64,000 nt of DNA from Ostrea edulis (Eukaryota): assembly GCF_947568905.1 (NCBI RefSeq), contig NC_079172.1, forward strand, positions 27,156,001 to 27,220,000, given 5' to 3'. Positions 21,001 to 33,800 of the stretch are shown here, one piece after another. The position numbers and the translations under genes were made by a program. Each line of letters begins with the position of its first letter. The first letter of the stretch is position 1. Below the pieces are notes generated by a model that saw only the letters and a list, made by a program, of their open reading frames with translations, ran no database searches and had not been told where the DNA came from.

Positions 21001-24000
21001 GTTGATAACGATATTGTTCTACAAGGGGAGAAAAAGTTAAGAAATCTAGGAGTTCCTGTCTTGCGGGAAACCACCTACAATTTTAGTCCCTTGTCTGCCA
21101 GGTGTAGGAGTGTGAAGATCATGGATTTTGATGAATGGCCACCAGCAGATCATCTTTCGCTGGACGACTCGCAGTATAAAGCAGTGCAGAAGGCTTTAAC
21201 AAATGAATTTGTTATCACCCAAGGACCTCCTGGCACTGGGAAGACATACATTGGTCTTAAAATTGTAAAAGCTTTGCTGCACAATTACAACATATGGAAC
21301 ACCAATGTGGAAGGTATTGTTGACCATAGACCAATGCTAATTGTTTGCTATACCAATCATGCTCTGGACCAGTTTCTAGAGGGAATATTAAGTTTCTATC
21401 AAGGTGACATTTTGCGAGTAGGAGGACGGAGCACAAGTGAACAGCTGAAGAAGTATAACATCAATACTTGCCGAATGAATATGAGGAAAGCAAGGGCAAT
21501 CCACGGTGACATCACCAGAGAAGCTCGCAGAATTGGCTGGGAGTTAAATCAAATCAGGGAAGGTATCAACAATATTGCAATGAAAATAGAAATTGCTGAA
21601 AGAGAGGTCATACACGAGGATTATATACAAACGTTTATGGGGCCATTTTACAATGACCTTGTACAAGGACTTGAGCAATATGTTCGTCTTCATGATCAAA
21701 CTATTTCTCTCAAACGAATAAAGAATTCGTCAGCTATTGTGGAATGGCTCGGCTATGGAACACTTTTACAGATAGAACATGGGAATTTTGAAGTTCCACA
21801 AGAACAAATGAGACAAGAAGTGGATGAAGACGGAGATCTTGTCGATGAACTGCAAGAACAAGAGGAACATGTTGATGTATTTGACGATGTGGACCAAATG
21901 GTGGAAATGAGACAACTGGACAATGAAGATGATAATGAAATTGATTTAGATGATTTAGAATATTTTTCTGATCTTGGAATTCCAGATATAGAAAGGAAAT
22001 TGGCGAACATCCATATTAGGACAAAAGCAACGGCACTTAATGTTTCAGAAATGGAAGTAAATGGAGACAACGAGGGATGGCAAATGGATAGACAACAAAA
22101 GAAAAGAATGAAAAGCAAATTGCGAAAAGAACTTAGATCTACAAATCGCATGTCAGAACGAGAGTTTCAGAACCTTAAGAGAATGGGTCATGATGTTTGG
22201 AGTTTGACTCAAAAGGAAAAATGGCGTCTTTATCGATATTGGACACACAAGTTCTGTTGCACTTACAGAGAACAGATCAGAGGAAAAGAAGCAGAGTATG
22301 AAAGAAATGCAACCCGTCTAAAAGAAATCCAGTTGCAGGAAGATCAGCAGATTATGCGCTTGGCAACAGTGGTTGGGATGACAACTACAGGGGCAGCACG
22401 ATACCAGTCAGTTCTCCAAGAAATTGGTCCAAGAGTCATAGTCGTGGAGGAAGCAGCAGAGGTACTAGAGGCACACATCATAACAACACTGAGTCAAGGT
22501 TGCCAACATCTGATTCTCATTGGTGATCATAAGCAGCTCAAACCAAATCCAACAGTTTACAAACTCGCAAAAGATTACAACTTAGATGTGTCTTTATTCG
22601 AAAGAATGGTGAAGAATGGAATGCAGTGCGATTGCTTAAATCTTCAACATAGGATGCGACCAACAATTTCAAACATGATGAAAATTATTTACCCGGAGCT
22701 TAAAGACCACGAGGTTGTTAAACGTTACCCGGACGTCAAAGGAATTTCTGAGAACATGTATTTTATACATCATGATTATCCCGAAAGTAACGACGAGGAA
22801 CAGAAAAGTCACTCCAACATGTACGAAGCCGAGTACATCGTAGCCCTTTGTCGATACCTTAAACTACAGGGGTACGAACCGGAGCAAATCACGATTTTGA
22901 CTTTATACTCTGGTCAGCTTTTCCAACTGAGAAAATTGATGCCAAAAAAGGAATTTTACGGCATACGAATCACAGTGGTAGACAATTTCCAAGGAGAGGA
23001 AAATGATATCATCCTGTTGTCTCTAGTACGCAGTAATGACGAAGGCAAGATAGGATTTTTGAAAATAGAGAATAGGGTGTGTGTTGCTCTTTCGCGCGCA
23101 AAAATGGGATTTTATGTGATTGGAAATTTAAACCTCATGGCTGGAAACAGTGATCTCTGGAGGAAAGTTATCAATCATGTCAAACATGAAAAATTATTTG
23201 GAGAAGGTTTGCATTTATACTGTCAAAATCACCCTGATGACAAAGGGATTCATGCAACTGAGCCAGAGGATTTCAAAAAGGCTCCTGAAGGCGGATGTAT
23301 GAAGCCCTGCGAACACAGGCTTCCTTGTGGACACACTTGTTCACTTGTCTGCCACGTAATCAATGCTGATCATAAAGAATACCAATGTAGGAAACCTTGT
23401 CAAAAGAGAATTTGCAACGTTGATGACCATAGATGCAGAAGAATGTGTTACCAAGACTGTGGTGAATGTTCAATACCTGTCAGCAAAACTCTGCCTTGTG
23501 GTCATATACAGAATGTTCCGTGCTCAACAAAACCATATCAATTCAAGTGCATGGCACAATGTGAAACACGACTTCCTTGTGGTCATATGTGCCAGAGTTT
23601 GTGCGGTGAACGGCACACTGAAGTTTGTCAACACCCAGTGAAAAAGACGTTTAGATGTGGCCATGATGTGCATGTACTTTGTTTTGAACAGGAATCGGCT
23701 GTTTGCCCAGAACCATGTAGTCAAATGTTATCTTGCGACCATAAGTGTAGAGGAACGTGTGGTAAATGTCTTAACGGTAGACTTCATGTTGGATGCAGGA
23801 GTAAATGTAAACGAACACTCGTTTGTGGCCATATTTGCCCCGATAAATGTTCAAAGTGTCCGCCTTGTTTGACGATGTGCCACAACCGTTGTGTACACAG
23901 TAGATGTACCCAGTCATGTGGAGAAATGTGTATACCATGTGTAGAGAAGTGTGCATGGAATTGTAAACATTTTCAGTGCACTAAAAGGTGTTATGAGCCA

Positions 24001-25279
24001 TGTGACCGTCCTCGGTGCAATAAACCCTGCCGGATACAGCTAGCATGTGGACATCGATGTATTGGTCTCTGTGGAGAGCCTTGTCCAAAGAAATGTCGCA
24101 TTTGTAATAAAGACGAAGTTACAGAAATATTTTTTGGTTCAGAAGATGAAATAAATGCAAAATTTGTCGAGCTGGAGGATTGCGGTCACATTTTTGAAGT
24201 AGAGGGGTTAGACTATTACATTGAGAATTTCGGGAAAGGAGGGGGAAATGAAGATGCTTCCATAAAACTTATTGAGTGTCCTAGATGTAAGACTCTGATT
24301 CGCCGGAATATGCGATACGGAAATGAAGTGAAAAAAGCAGTGTTGGATATTGAAGCAGTAAAACGAAAAATAATTGGGGATAGGTTACGCATACGGAAAA
24401 TGCAACGTGACATTCCACATCAAATCAGAGAAATTGCGAAAGAATCAGGTGGCAGAGAAATGAGAAGGATTTATGACCAGCTCTTTGAAACAACAGTTGA
24501 TGAGAACACATTGGCGGCAGTGAAGAATCAAATTGGATTCTTGAAAGCGATCAACAACATCGAACACGACTGGAAGAAACACATACGTAACAGTGATCTA
24601 AAACAGATGTATGAAAAATATTGTCTCAAAGACCTGGAATTTTTCAGAGAATGGACCCTTGTGACGAGGAGGTATTTCACAGAACAAGAACTGGTGGACG
24701 CTGAGGACGAATTAGTTCGTCTGAAATCATTTCGGCTGTTCATTGAATATATTGAGAGAATGATTAATATTCGAAAACCGGCAACTGGTGACCTCAAGAA
24801 AAAATTGAGTATGGTGGAATCTCTTTTGAAAGGAGGTAAAAAGTTAAGTCTCGAGGAGAAAACGTTGTTGAAAACGGTGTTGGAACAACTGAAAGAGAAG
24901 TATCCTGCTAGTGGACTCGGGGTGTCAGACGAGGAGAGACTTGAAATTGTTAGAGCGATGGGTGAACAGAAGGGCCACTGGTTTAAATGTCCTAACGGTA
25001 AGTGCTTATCATTATTTTGTATATTCCATATTTTAAGAGATATTGACTTAAAGGAGTCAAATTCATATTTATTTTTCACCTGCAGGCCATCCCTATGTGA
25101 TAGGAGATTGTGGAGGGGCCACCATGGAGAGCAAATGCCCAGAGTGCGACGCTAGGATTGGTGGAGGCAGTCATCAACTCCGCAGTGATAATCAGTTTGC
25201 AGGGGAGATGGATGATGCTCAGCATCCCGCATGGTCTGAGGCTGCAAACCTGATGAATTACCGGGGAGTGTTTCTTTGA
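18015..25279 (+). CDS. ZNFX1: NFX1-type zinc finger-containing protein 1 (UPF1-like SF1 helicase, NF-X1 zinc fingers, C-terminal RZ finger), about 1842 aa; exons 18015-18022 (inferred), 19671-24997, 25086-25279
   Basis: DLEHYLDIQFRLLREDF, WESSKRLIFGSLVCLS, Walker A QGPPGTGKT, VCYTNHALDQFLE, VEEAAEV, IGDHKQLKP, VDNFQGEENDII, RVCVALSRAK, then a long Cys/His array and GHWFKCPNG|HPYVIGDCGGATMESKCPEC across an 88-bp GT-AG intron. The first exon (ATG GTC GG|GTATGT, phase 2) fits the acceptor at 19670 but is less certain. Confidence 0.93.
18334..18406. promoter_or_regulatory. Intronic IRF/ISRE-type sites in ZNFX1 intron 1
   Basis: GAAAATGAAAACGAAAGT (triple GAAA, 2-nt spacers) at 18334-18351; ACTTTCGTTTCT (reverse strand AGAAACGAAAGT, 1-nt spacer) at 18395-18406. 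Confidence 0.5.
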
Positions 25280-27235
25280 ACTATTTAATGTGTACAGAGG
25301 GTATGCATACATTATAAACTAATTATATTTAGATGAGCGTGATAGTTATGAAAACGTGATGGGTTTTTTGTATATCGGTTGTTGGTATACATTAAACTAA
25401 CCACATGAGGAAGAAGACTAGATATTCAATTATTATTTATTCCCACTTCGACATGACCGAAAGAAGTGAATGAAAGACAGTTTGATTTTTGATTGAGCAA
25501 GCTTTATAAATTTATGCTTTCTTACTATTCAAGTAGTCACATGTCTGCTGGTGATCATGAATGTTGTGATAAACTTTTGTAAGATCTAGATAACTCGTAA
25601 GATATGCGCAGTGTATGGGCAGTTTGTTGACAGCTGAAATGTTACGTAGATCAGTAACTATACTTGTATAGTGTGAAGTATTTGCAACAAACCTTTGTAT
25701 AATTGCATTTAAGAAAATTGCTTTGTTTTTATACTCTAATAATTTAAATTGAAGCGTATATTTGATGTGAAGAAAATGAGAAAGATTATTCAATTGTATA
25801 TGTGTACTGGACACTATGATTTTGATGTGATGTCCAAGAATTGTGATGCCGTTTTAACATTCTTTTTTCTATTTTTTTTTTTTTTTTGGTTATAGGTTTG
25901 TTATAGATTTATTATAGGCCTACATGTATCTTGTTTAGCAGAATTTGAACGACAAAGCTGATATCTTACTAGGAATTACGAAATACCAGAAAGATTTTCA
26001 AGTGCTTGTTAGATAGAAAGTTATCATATTAAGTGTTATATTAGATTCAAATCTAAAATAGAATTAGCATATAATTGCAGCTAAAATAACATGTTATAAG
26101 TACGCTCACATTGTAACGTGAACTTGATTTTTAATAATGGAATGATCCCACCAACACAATAAATGTACATCTTTGAAATAAACTTTTATCACATTTTTAG
26201 TTTTTGTCTACATTAATGCTGAAACAAAACGTTTATCCCAAATTCAAATATGTATATATGCAGCTAGCAGCTAGATTTTCTGAAGACACTTGCATTTAAT
26301 GACCGGAATTCTATAAAGAAGTTCCATTAACATGATTGTATTAAATGATTAAATTGAATTGCACATTTTCTTATACCTTTACGGATTTTCCCTATATAAA
26401 TGTAATGTGATGAAATTGTCTATTTTCCTGAAAATGCAATATTCTCCCCTTCTGAGGACTACTCCCTGCATAATCTGTTCCACTGGGTGTGTCTACTCCC
26501 TCACTAATAGTCATCCCTACCGGCGTATAAAGCCAATGGGAACTATGTTTCTTTTCAGTCTGTCGCATTGGTTTTCCAGACTCCGTTATGCTTGCGCCGA
26601 TTCATGGCAGTGTTCCAGAGTATCAAACTACACACCATGTTCGAATTTCGTAACGTTTGATGGATAAGTGTGAAAGACGTTTATATTGTTACGTTTTTAT
26701 AGTTTTGATGGACAGTTGTAGGAAGTAGGAAATCTGAATAGAGGCAGTCGACGGAACTCGGTCGCTGGTTGTGTAAATTATCACTTCATTAAATCAACAT
26801 TTCCAGTTCATTAATTGCAGAAGGAACATATCAATCAAAATATATATCAAATCTGTTAATCATGCGAGTATTTATTTTCTCTACTAGGCGGTACTCAATT
26901 TACCGTATTCCCGCAATCCGACTCAAATCGCGGGTATTCAAAATCGGCCTTCGAACAGTTAATAGTAAGTACAGGGTTCAGAAATCCTTTATAAGTACTA
27001 TCATTCTAACAACAGTTTGATAATTCGCTTTACTGGGTGTGTGAGATTTTCTTACTATGATTACCGCAATCATTCATTGATTGGCTATTTGATTTCAATG
27101 AAAGGAATATTATTTTGCATATCAAACACAGTACAGAGATCTTTGGTCTGTACTGCTTTTCAAGTTGAGATATAAAATGTCAAAGTCCCAAGAATGCAAC
27201 TTTGAAAATTCCCAGTGTTTCTGAATCTAAAGGAT

Positions 27236-28812
27236 TTTTAGCTCTTCTGAGCCGAAGGCTCAAAGAGCTAATCGTATGGCCATATGTCTGGCGTGCGGTG
27301 TGCGTCAACTTTTTGGGAAAAGGGCTATATCTCAAGAACCCCTTGGCCAATTGTTGTCAAATTTGTCACAGGGTATCCTTGGCTCAAGGGCTTTCATTTG
27401 TACTAAAATTAGGGTTGTGACCCTTTAACAAGGGGAGATAATTAGGAAAATGCAAACAAAAGTAGTGGTTGCTAAAAAATCTTCTCAAGAACCACTGGGC
27501 AAATTATCACCAAACTTATGCATAAGGATGAGGATAAGTTGTAGATAAAAAGTTGTTCAAGGCATCATCCTGGGGCAAAGGGTTCGGTCTCAAGGTCACT
27601 TCAAAGTTGACCTTAAATTTTGTTTTGTTAAAACTTTGATATTTTGCTTAGTATAAGGACTAGGATCATCAAATTTTGTCAGTTGATGCATCTTAGGACC
27701 TAATATCATGTTGTCTCAAAAGTAGGTCATGGTGACCTTCTTTTTGAATTTTGCAGGTAATTATTATTAAATGGATTTTGATGCATATCTTTGACACTTT
27801 TGAGCCTATGATCATCAAAAGTTGTCAGTTGATGGATCATGGGACCTTGAACTGCGTCATGTGAAAAGTATGCCACCATGACCTACTTTCTGAATTTTAT
27901 GGCTAATCATTTATGAATACATTTTAGGTTGTTATTTCAGATACCGAGAGGTTTAGAATCATCAAACCTTGTAAGTTGATGCGTCTAGAGGCCTCGAAAC
28001 ATATTTATAAAAAAGTAGGTCACAGTGACCTACTTTTGAATTTTGCAGACATTCAAATTTCACATTTTCAATTTTAGATGCATATTTTGGACACTATGAA
28101 AGCTAGGATCATCAAACTTTGTCAGTTGATGCATCTTGAGTCTTCCTAGTTTGTTGACTAAAAAGTAGGTCACCGTGACCTACTTTAGAAATTTGACGGC
28201 TATATTTTAATATTTCAGATACTATTTGACTTACAATTATCAAACTTTGTCAGTTGATGCATGTTGAGTCGTCAGAGTGTGTTGACTAAAAAGTAGGTCA
28301 CCGTGACCTATTTTTGGATTTTGACGGCCATATTTGAATATTTCAGATACTATTTGACTTACAATCATCAAACTTTGTCAGTTGATGGGTCTTGAGTCTT
28401 CAGAGTGTGTCGACCAAAAAGTAGGTCACTGACCTACTTTTGGAATTTTACGTTTCTATCTGAATATTTCAGATACTATTTGACTTCAATTATCAAACTT
28501 TGTCAGTTGATGCATCTTGAGTCTTCGGAGTGTGTCGACCAAAAATTAGGTCACTGTGGCCTTCTTTTGGAATTTGACGGCTATATTTGAATACTATTTG
28601 ACTTGTCAGTTGATGCATCTTGAGTCTTCAGTGTGTCGACCAAAAGTAGGTCACCGTGACCTACTTTTGGACAGTTACATTTAAATTTTCAGGTACTATT
28701 TGACTTAACATCATCAAACTTTGTTAATTGATGAATCTTGGTTAGTGAGAATTTTTGCCTGTTCTACAATGTATTAGAGGAGCGATTCTAGGCCCATGGC
28801 CTCTTGTTTTTT
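27236..28812 (+). mobile_element. HINE-like element with ~126-bp internal tandem repeats
   Basis: TTTTTAGCTCTTCTGAGCCGAAGGCTCAAAGAGCT head; repeated AAACTTTGTCAGTTGATGCATCTTGAG...AAAAGTAGGTCACCGTGACCTAC units; GGAGCGATTCTAGGCCCATGGCCTCTTGTTT end. Confidence 0.75.
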
Positions 28813-29369
28813 ACGATATGCCATGTTGCGAGTGGATGACCCGCTTTAACTAGCGATACGTATTGGCATACTCGTCGGCAAGTTTGATTTTGCAGCAGTT
28901 CAAAGTCCTGAGGTATCCTAGAGATCTGATATAAAAACAAATATATATATATATATATTCTTGTATTGCAGGGGCGGATCTAGGAATTTTTTAAAGGGGG
29001 GTGTCTACCTGGTACCATCAATTTTAGTTTCCAAGGTTGGGGTGTGGAATTTAAAAAAAAAAGGGTGGGTCCACTCCTGAAGGCGCTATTTTAACCCTTT
29101 TAAAGCAATTTATTCTGACGAACGGGGGGAGGGGGTGTCCCAACCTATGGAGCTGCCACTGTATTACAAGAATGACTAAATGTAATAACAAAAATAAGGA
29201 CAATAAAAGACAATGTTTGTCGAGACAGCAAATAATAGTACAAGTATTGTAGCTTTTTGTTTCATTCTTGTATACCTTGGTCGGCAAAATAATTTATCTA
29301 ATCTTGCATGTATTATTGATATCAATTCAAAGTTGTCCATCAGAGGTAAATATGTATTACGATAACGGT

Positions 29370-30257
29370 TTCCAAACCGAATGTTCTCTCTCCGCCGTCC
29401 TTTGTCGGCGTCGTAAACGTTTCTCGTTTTCCTCTCTAGAACCACTGGGTTAATTTCAACGAAACCTGGCGCAAAGCCTTTTTGGGTGAAAGGGATTTCA
29501 ATATGTTGAAATGAAGGGCCATACCTCCTTGAAAGGGGAGGTAATCTCAAAAATGCAAAAATAGGGTGGGGTCATTTTAAAATCTTTTCAAGAACCACTG
29601 GGCCAGAAAAACCGAAATTTACACGAAAGCTTCCTGACGTAGTGGAGATTCAGGTTTGTAAACATTATGACCCCGGGGATATGGTGGGGACACAATAGGA
29701 GATCAAATGTTATGCATGCGTATATATAAAGAAAATCTTTTTAAAAATTCTTCTCAAGAATCACGGGGCCAGAAGAGTGGAAATTTACCTGAAAGCTTCC
29801 CGATATGAAGTAGATTCAAATTTGTTCAAATCATGCCCCCGGGGTAGGATGGGGGCCACGATAGGTGATAAAAGTTTTAAATGCAGATTTATAGGAAAAT
29901 CTTCTCTAGAAACACATAGTGGAGATTCAAGTTTGTTAAAATCATGACCCCTGGGGTTAGGAAGTGGCCATGATAGGGTATCAAAGTTTTACATGCGAAT
30001 GTATTGGGAACTAAACTTGGCACAAAGCATCCTTAGATTAAATTTCTTAATATGAAAGGTTATACCTATCTGCAAGGGTATACGATAATTAATGAATTTG
30101 CTATCAAAGTCAATAATTAAATTTGATAATTAGTGAAATTTTAGTCGTTACCTTCGAAAAGTTTTTTCTTAACAAAGCTGCTTGTATAATGATAGTTTTG
30201 CTCAAGCTTGTTTATTGCTAGCTGCATGGTAGCGATGTGGTCCATGGACCTCTTGTA
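29370..30257 (+). mobile_element. HINE-like element, degenerate, 5' boundary approximate
   Basis: GTCGGCGTCGTAAAC head, CTCAAGAACCACTGGGCCAGAA satellite units, AGCGATGTGGTCCATGGACCTCTTGT end. Confidence 0.65.
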
Positions 30258-30810
30258 GATATTTGATTTAATTTTGAATAGATTGTAGTAATCTGTATTC
30301 GGATGTTCTGACAGGTACTCGTTGTCATCAACCATATCAGATAAACACTCGGTTTGCCTTCGGGCCTTTTTATCGTATTCATAATTTTGGTGATTTTAAT
30401 GTTGTATTTATTTATATCAGTTGACATTACTATGTGTTTCTGTAACAAGGGGGCGGGGTGGTGTCACATGGTCACCACACAGGGATTTACACATGAACTT
30501 GACCTGCACTGTCTATACTGTCTGGAGCTCCTCTTAGTTTGTTCCCTATTGTTAGATAATAAATGACAATATTCACACAATTAGATTTGCAGCTGTAGAT
30601 ACTTAGCAAACCACCAATATTTCATAATAGGAAATATTTGTAATAATTGCAATTTTTGCCTTCTACTTCAGCAATGTCATTCTATAGACGTCGAAAAAAT
30701 ACCTCGAGAATGGTCTAGATATTGACATACGTTAGCCTTTTTTACCGAGAGCGCAAGATAAATAATCTTATCGCTTTTTAAAATCCACTTTGAAATGATA
30801 TTGAGTAATT

Positions 30811-30840
30811 TTACGTCATCAACCTTCTTGATATATAAAT
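30811..30840 (+). promoter_or_regulatory. Putative promoter of the FAD oxidase gene (bZIP-type TTACGTCA + TATA)
   Basis: TTACGTCA at 30811-30818 and ATATATAAAT at 30831-30840, 45 bp before the inferred ATG at 30885. Confidence 0.4.
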
Positions 30841-30884
30841 GCGGGCAAATGTGTTGAAAAGGGTCCTTCTTGCAAGCAGAAAGG

Positions 30885-33800
30885 ATGTATCCATTTTACA
30901 ATAGGTAAGTTATGCAATTTCATGTAGGTTTTGTCATGTGGGAGATTTATAGCAATGTGTGTGTTTAGTCTTCTAGGTTTGTTATATAGATTTTTGTAGG
31001 TTTAGTTGTGTAGGTACGTTATATAGATTTGTGTAGGTTTAGTTGTGTAGGTACGTTATATAGATTTGTGTAGGTAACTTATATAGATTTGTGTAGGTTT
31101 AGTCGTGTAGGTAAGTCAGATAGATTTGTGTAGGTTTAGTTGTGTAGGTATGTTATATAGATTTGTGTAGGTTTAGTTGTGTAGGTAAGTTATATAGATT
31201 TGTGTAGGTAACTTATATAGATTTGTGTAGGTTTAGTCGTGTAGGTAAGTCAGATAGATTTGTGTAGGTTTAGTTGTGTAGGTACGTTATATAGATTTGT
31301 GTAGATATAGTTGTGTAGGTAAGTTATATAGATTTGTGTTGGTAACTTATATAGATTTGTGTAGGTTTAGTCGTGTAGGTAAGTCAGATAAATTTGTGTA
31401 GGTTTAGTTGTGTAGGTACGTTATATAGATTTGTGTAGGCTTAGTCGTGTATGTACGTTATATAGGTTTGTGTAGGTAACTTATATAGGTTTGTGTAGGT
31501 TTAGTTGTAGGTACGTTATATATATTTGTGTAGGTTTAGTTGTGTAGGTACGTTATATAGATTTGTGTAGGCTTAGTCGTGTATGTACGTTATATAGATT
31601 TCTGTAGGTAACTTATATTGATTTGTGTAGGTTTAGTTGTGTAGGTACGTTATATAGATTTGTGTAGGTTTAGTTGTGTAGGTAAGTTATATAGATTTGT
31701 GTAGGTTTAGTCGTGTAGGTAAGTTAGATAGATTTGTGTAGATTTTGTTGAGTAGGTAAGTTATATAGATTTGTGTAGATTTAGTTGTGTAGGTACGTTA
31801 TATAGATTTGTGTAGGTTTAGTCGTCTATGTACGTTATATAGATTTGTGTAGGTAAGTTATATAGATTTGTGTAGGTTTAGTTGTGTAGGTAAGTTAGAT
31901 TTGTGTAGATTTTGTTGAGTAGGTAAGTTATATAGATTTGTGTAGATTTAGTTGTGTAGGTACGTTATTTAGATTTGTGTAGGTTTAGTCGTCTATGTAC
32001 GTTATATAGATTTGTGTAGGTAAGTTATATAGATTTGTGTAGGTTTAGTTGTGTAGGTACGTTATATAGATTTGTGCAGGTTTAGTTGTGTAGGTAAGTT
32101 AGATAGATTTGTATAGATTTAGTTGTGTAGGTAAGTTATATAGATTTCTGTAGGTAACTTACATAGATTTGTGTAGGTTTTGTTGTGTAGGTACGTTTAG
32201 AATAGAATAGTATTTATTACCCAATCAGGGCCCAAAAGGGCATAAACATGTAACATATATAATTCTTGATACAAGAAAAGACACTACGTTATGTATATTG
32301 TGTAGATTTTGTTGTGTAGGTACGTAATGTATATTGTGTAGATTTTGTCGTGTAGGTACGTAATGTATATTGTGTAGATTTTGTGAGTGTACGTATACGT
32401 TATATAGATTTGCGTAAGTAAGTTATATAAATTTGTGTAGGTTTTAGTCGTGAATATTTGCCATGAGGAAAGTCATAATGCAAATCTATAAAAAACATTT
32501 CATATTTCCAGAGGCACCTTTGTGGTAGTTGCTCTTCATTTCCTTGGCGTAACATCTGTAATCGACAGATGCCTGCCGGGAGAGTCATGCTTCCCAGACA
32601 ACCCAGTCATTCTCAATTTTGGTAAATCCCTGGACGGAGTATTGTTACTTCCATACATGCAGGAATACACTGAAGTTGTGGTCACACGCGATGTTGTCTG
32701 GACAAAGTTTCCCATCGGGATAGTTGTGGCTAAATCAACCCTTGATGTCCAGAGAAGTGTCCTGTTTGCTCAGAAGTATAATTTGCTGGTGTCTGTACGG
32801 TCGTCGGGTCACGACTTTCTAGGCAGATCCACAGCCCACGGAAGTTTACAAATTCTTTTGGGCAACATGACGAAAACTTCAATGATTCTTGCATCGCCAA
32901 GGAATCCAGCAGGGGAAATTACTTGCGAAAGCGGGAACACTTGGCTTAAAGTTTATGAGGAGGTTAAGTATTGAATCAGAAAACAAGAGGCCTATGGGCC
33001 ACAATGTTCACTTGAGTCGTTTTACTGACTCGTAATTCTGAAACACTAGTAATGGCAAGCAATAAGTGATGGTCAGTCATTGGAGAGCTATGTACACTCC
33101 TGTTTTGTAATGCTTACTTATTGTTTCGAGAGAACAAATGCGGTCGGTAATTATTTAATCACTATTAGATTCACAGAATAGTTCAAGTGAACTAGAAAGT
33201 TCAACGGAATAGTCATACTCTTTCAACAACCATAAATGATACTAAACAGTTCTATACAAGTACCTACATTTATTGAAAATACTGTTCAGCAGCACGTCAA
33301 ACAATGAAACCAATTAAGGACATGTACTTGTATCTGAATTCGATTATTTATTTATTTTTTATTTCAGGTCGACAAAGTTGATCGTGTCATAGTGGGGGGT
33401 AGTGCTCATACCGTCTGTATGGGTGGCTATACTCTTGGAGGTGGTCACAGTCCGATGTCAAGGACGTTTGGGTTAGCCGTGGATAATCTACTGGAGGTAG
33501 AAATGGTGGACGCCCAAGGTCGTATCATAGCGGCAAACGACCACATGACACGCATACAACATTTGAACGGTAGTGTAACATCGACCAACAATAGCGACAT
33601 CTTCTGGGCTTTACGCGGAGGAGGTGGCGGGACGTTTGGCATTGTTACTAACTTTACGTTTAAACTGCATTACCCAGCATCTGGAGTAGCGACATTTGAT
33701 TGCTCTTATCCTATCGTGCGTAGTGACGAAACAGAGATTGGTCATATTGTTCTGAAGAAGATGGTGTCAATGTTGCAAAATCTACCTACGGAATGGGGTG

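Noticed and set aside
20094-25312. Multiple minus-strand and alternate-frame ORFs overlapping ZNFX1
   Set aside because: Shadows of a long coding exon; no recognisable motifs.
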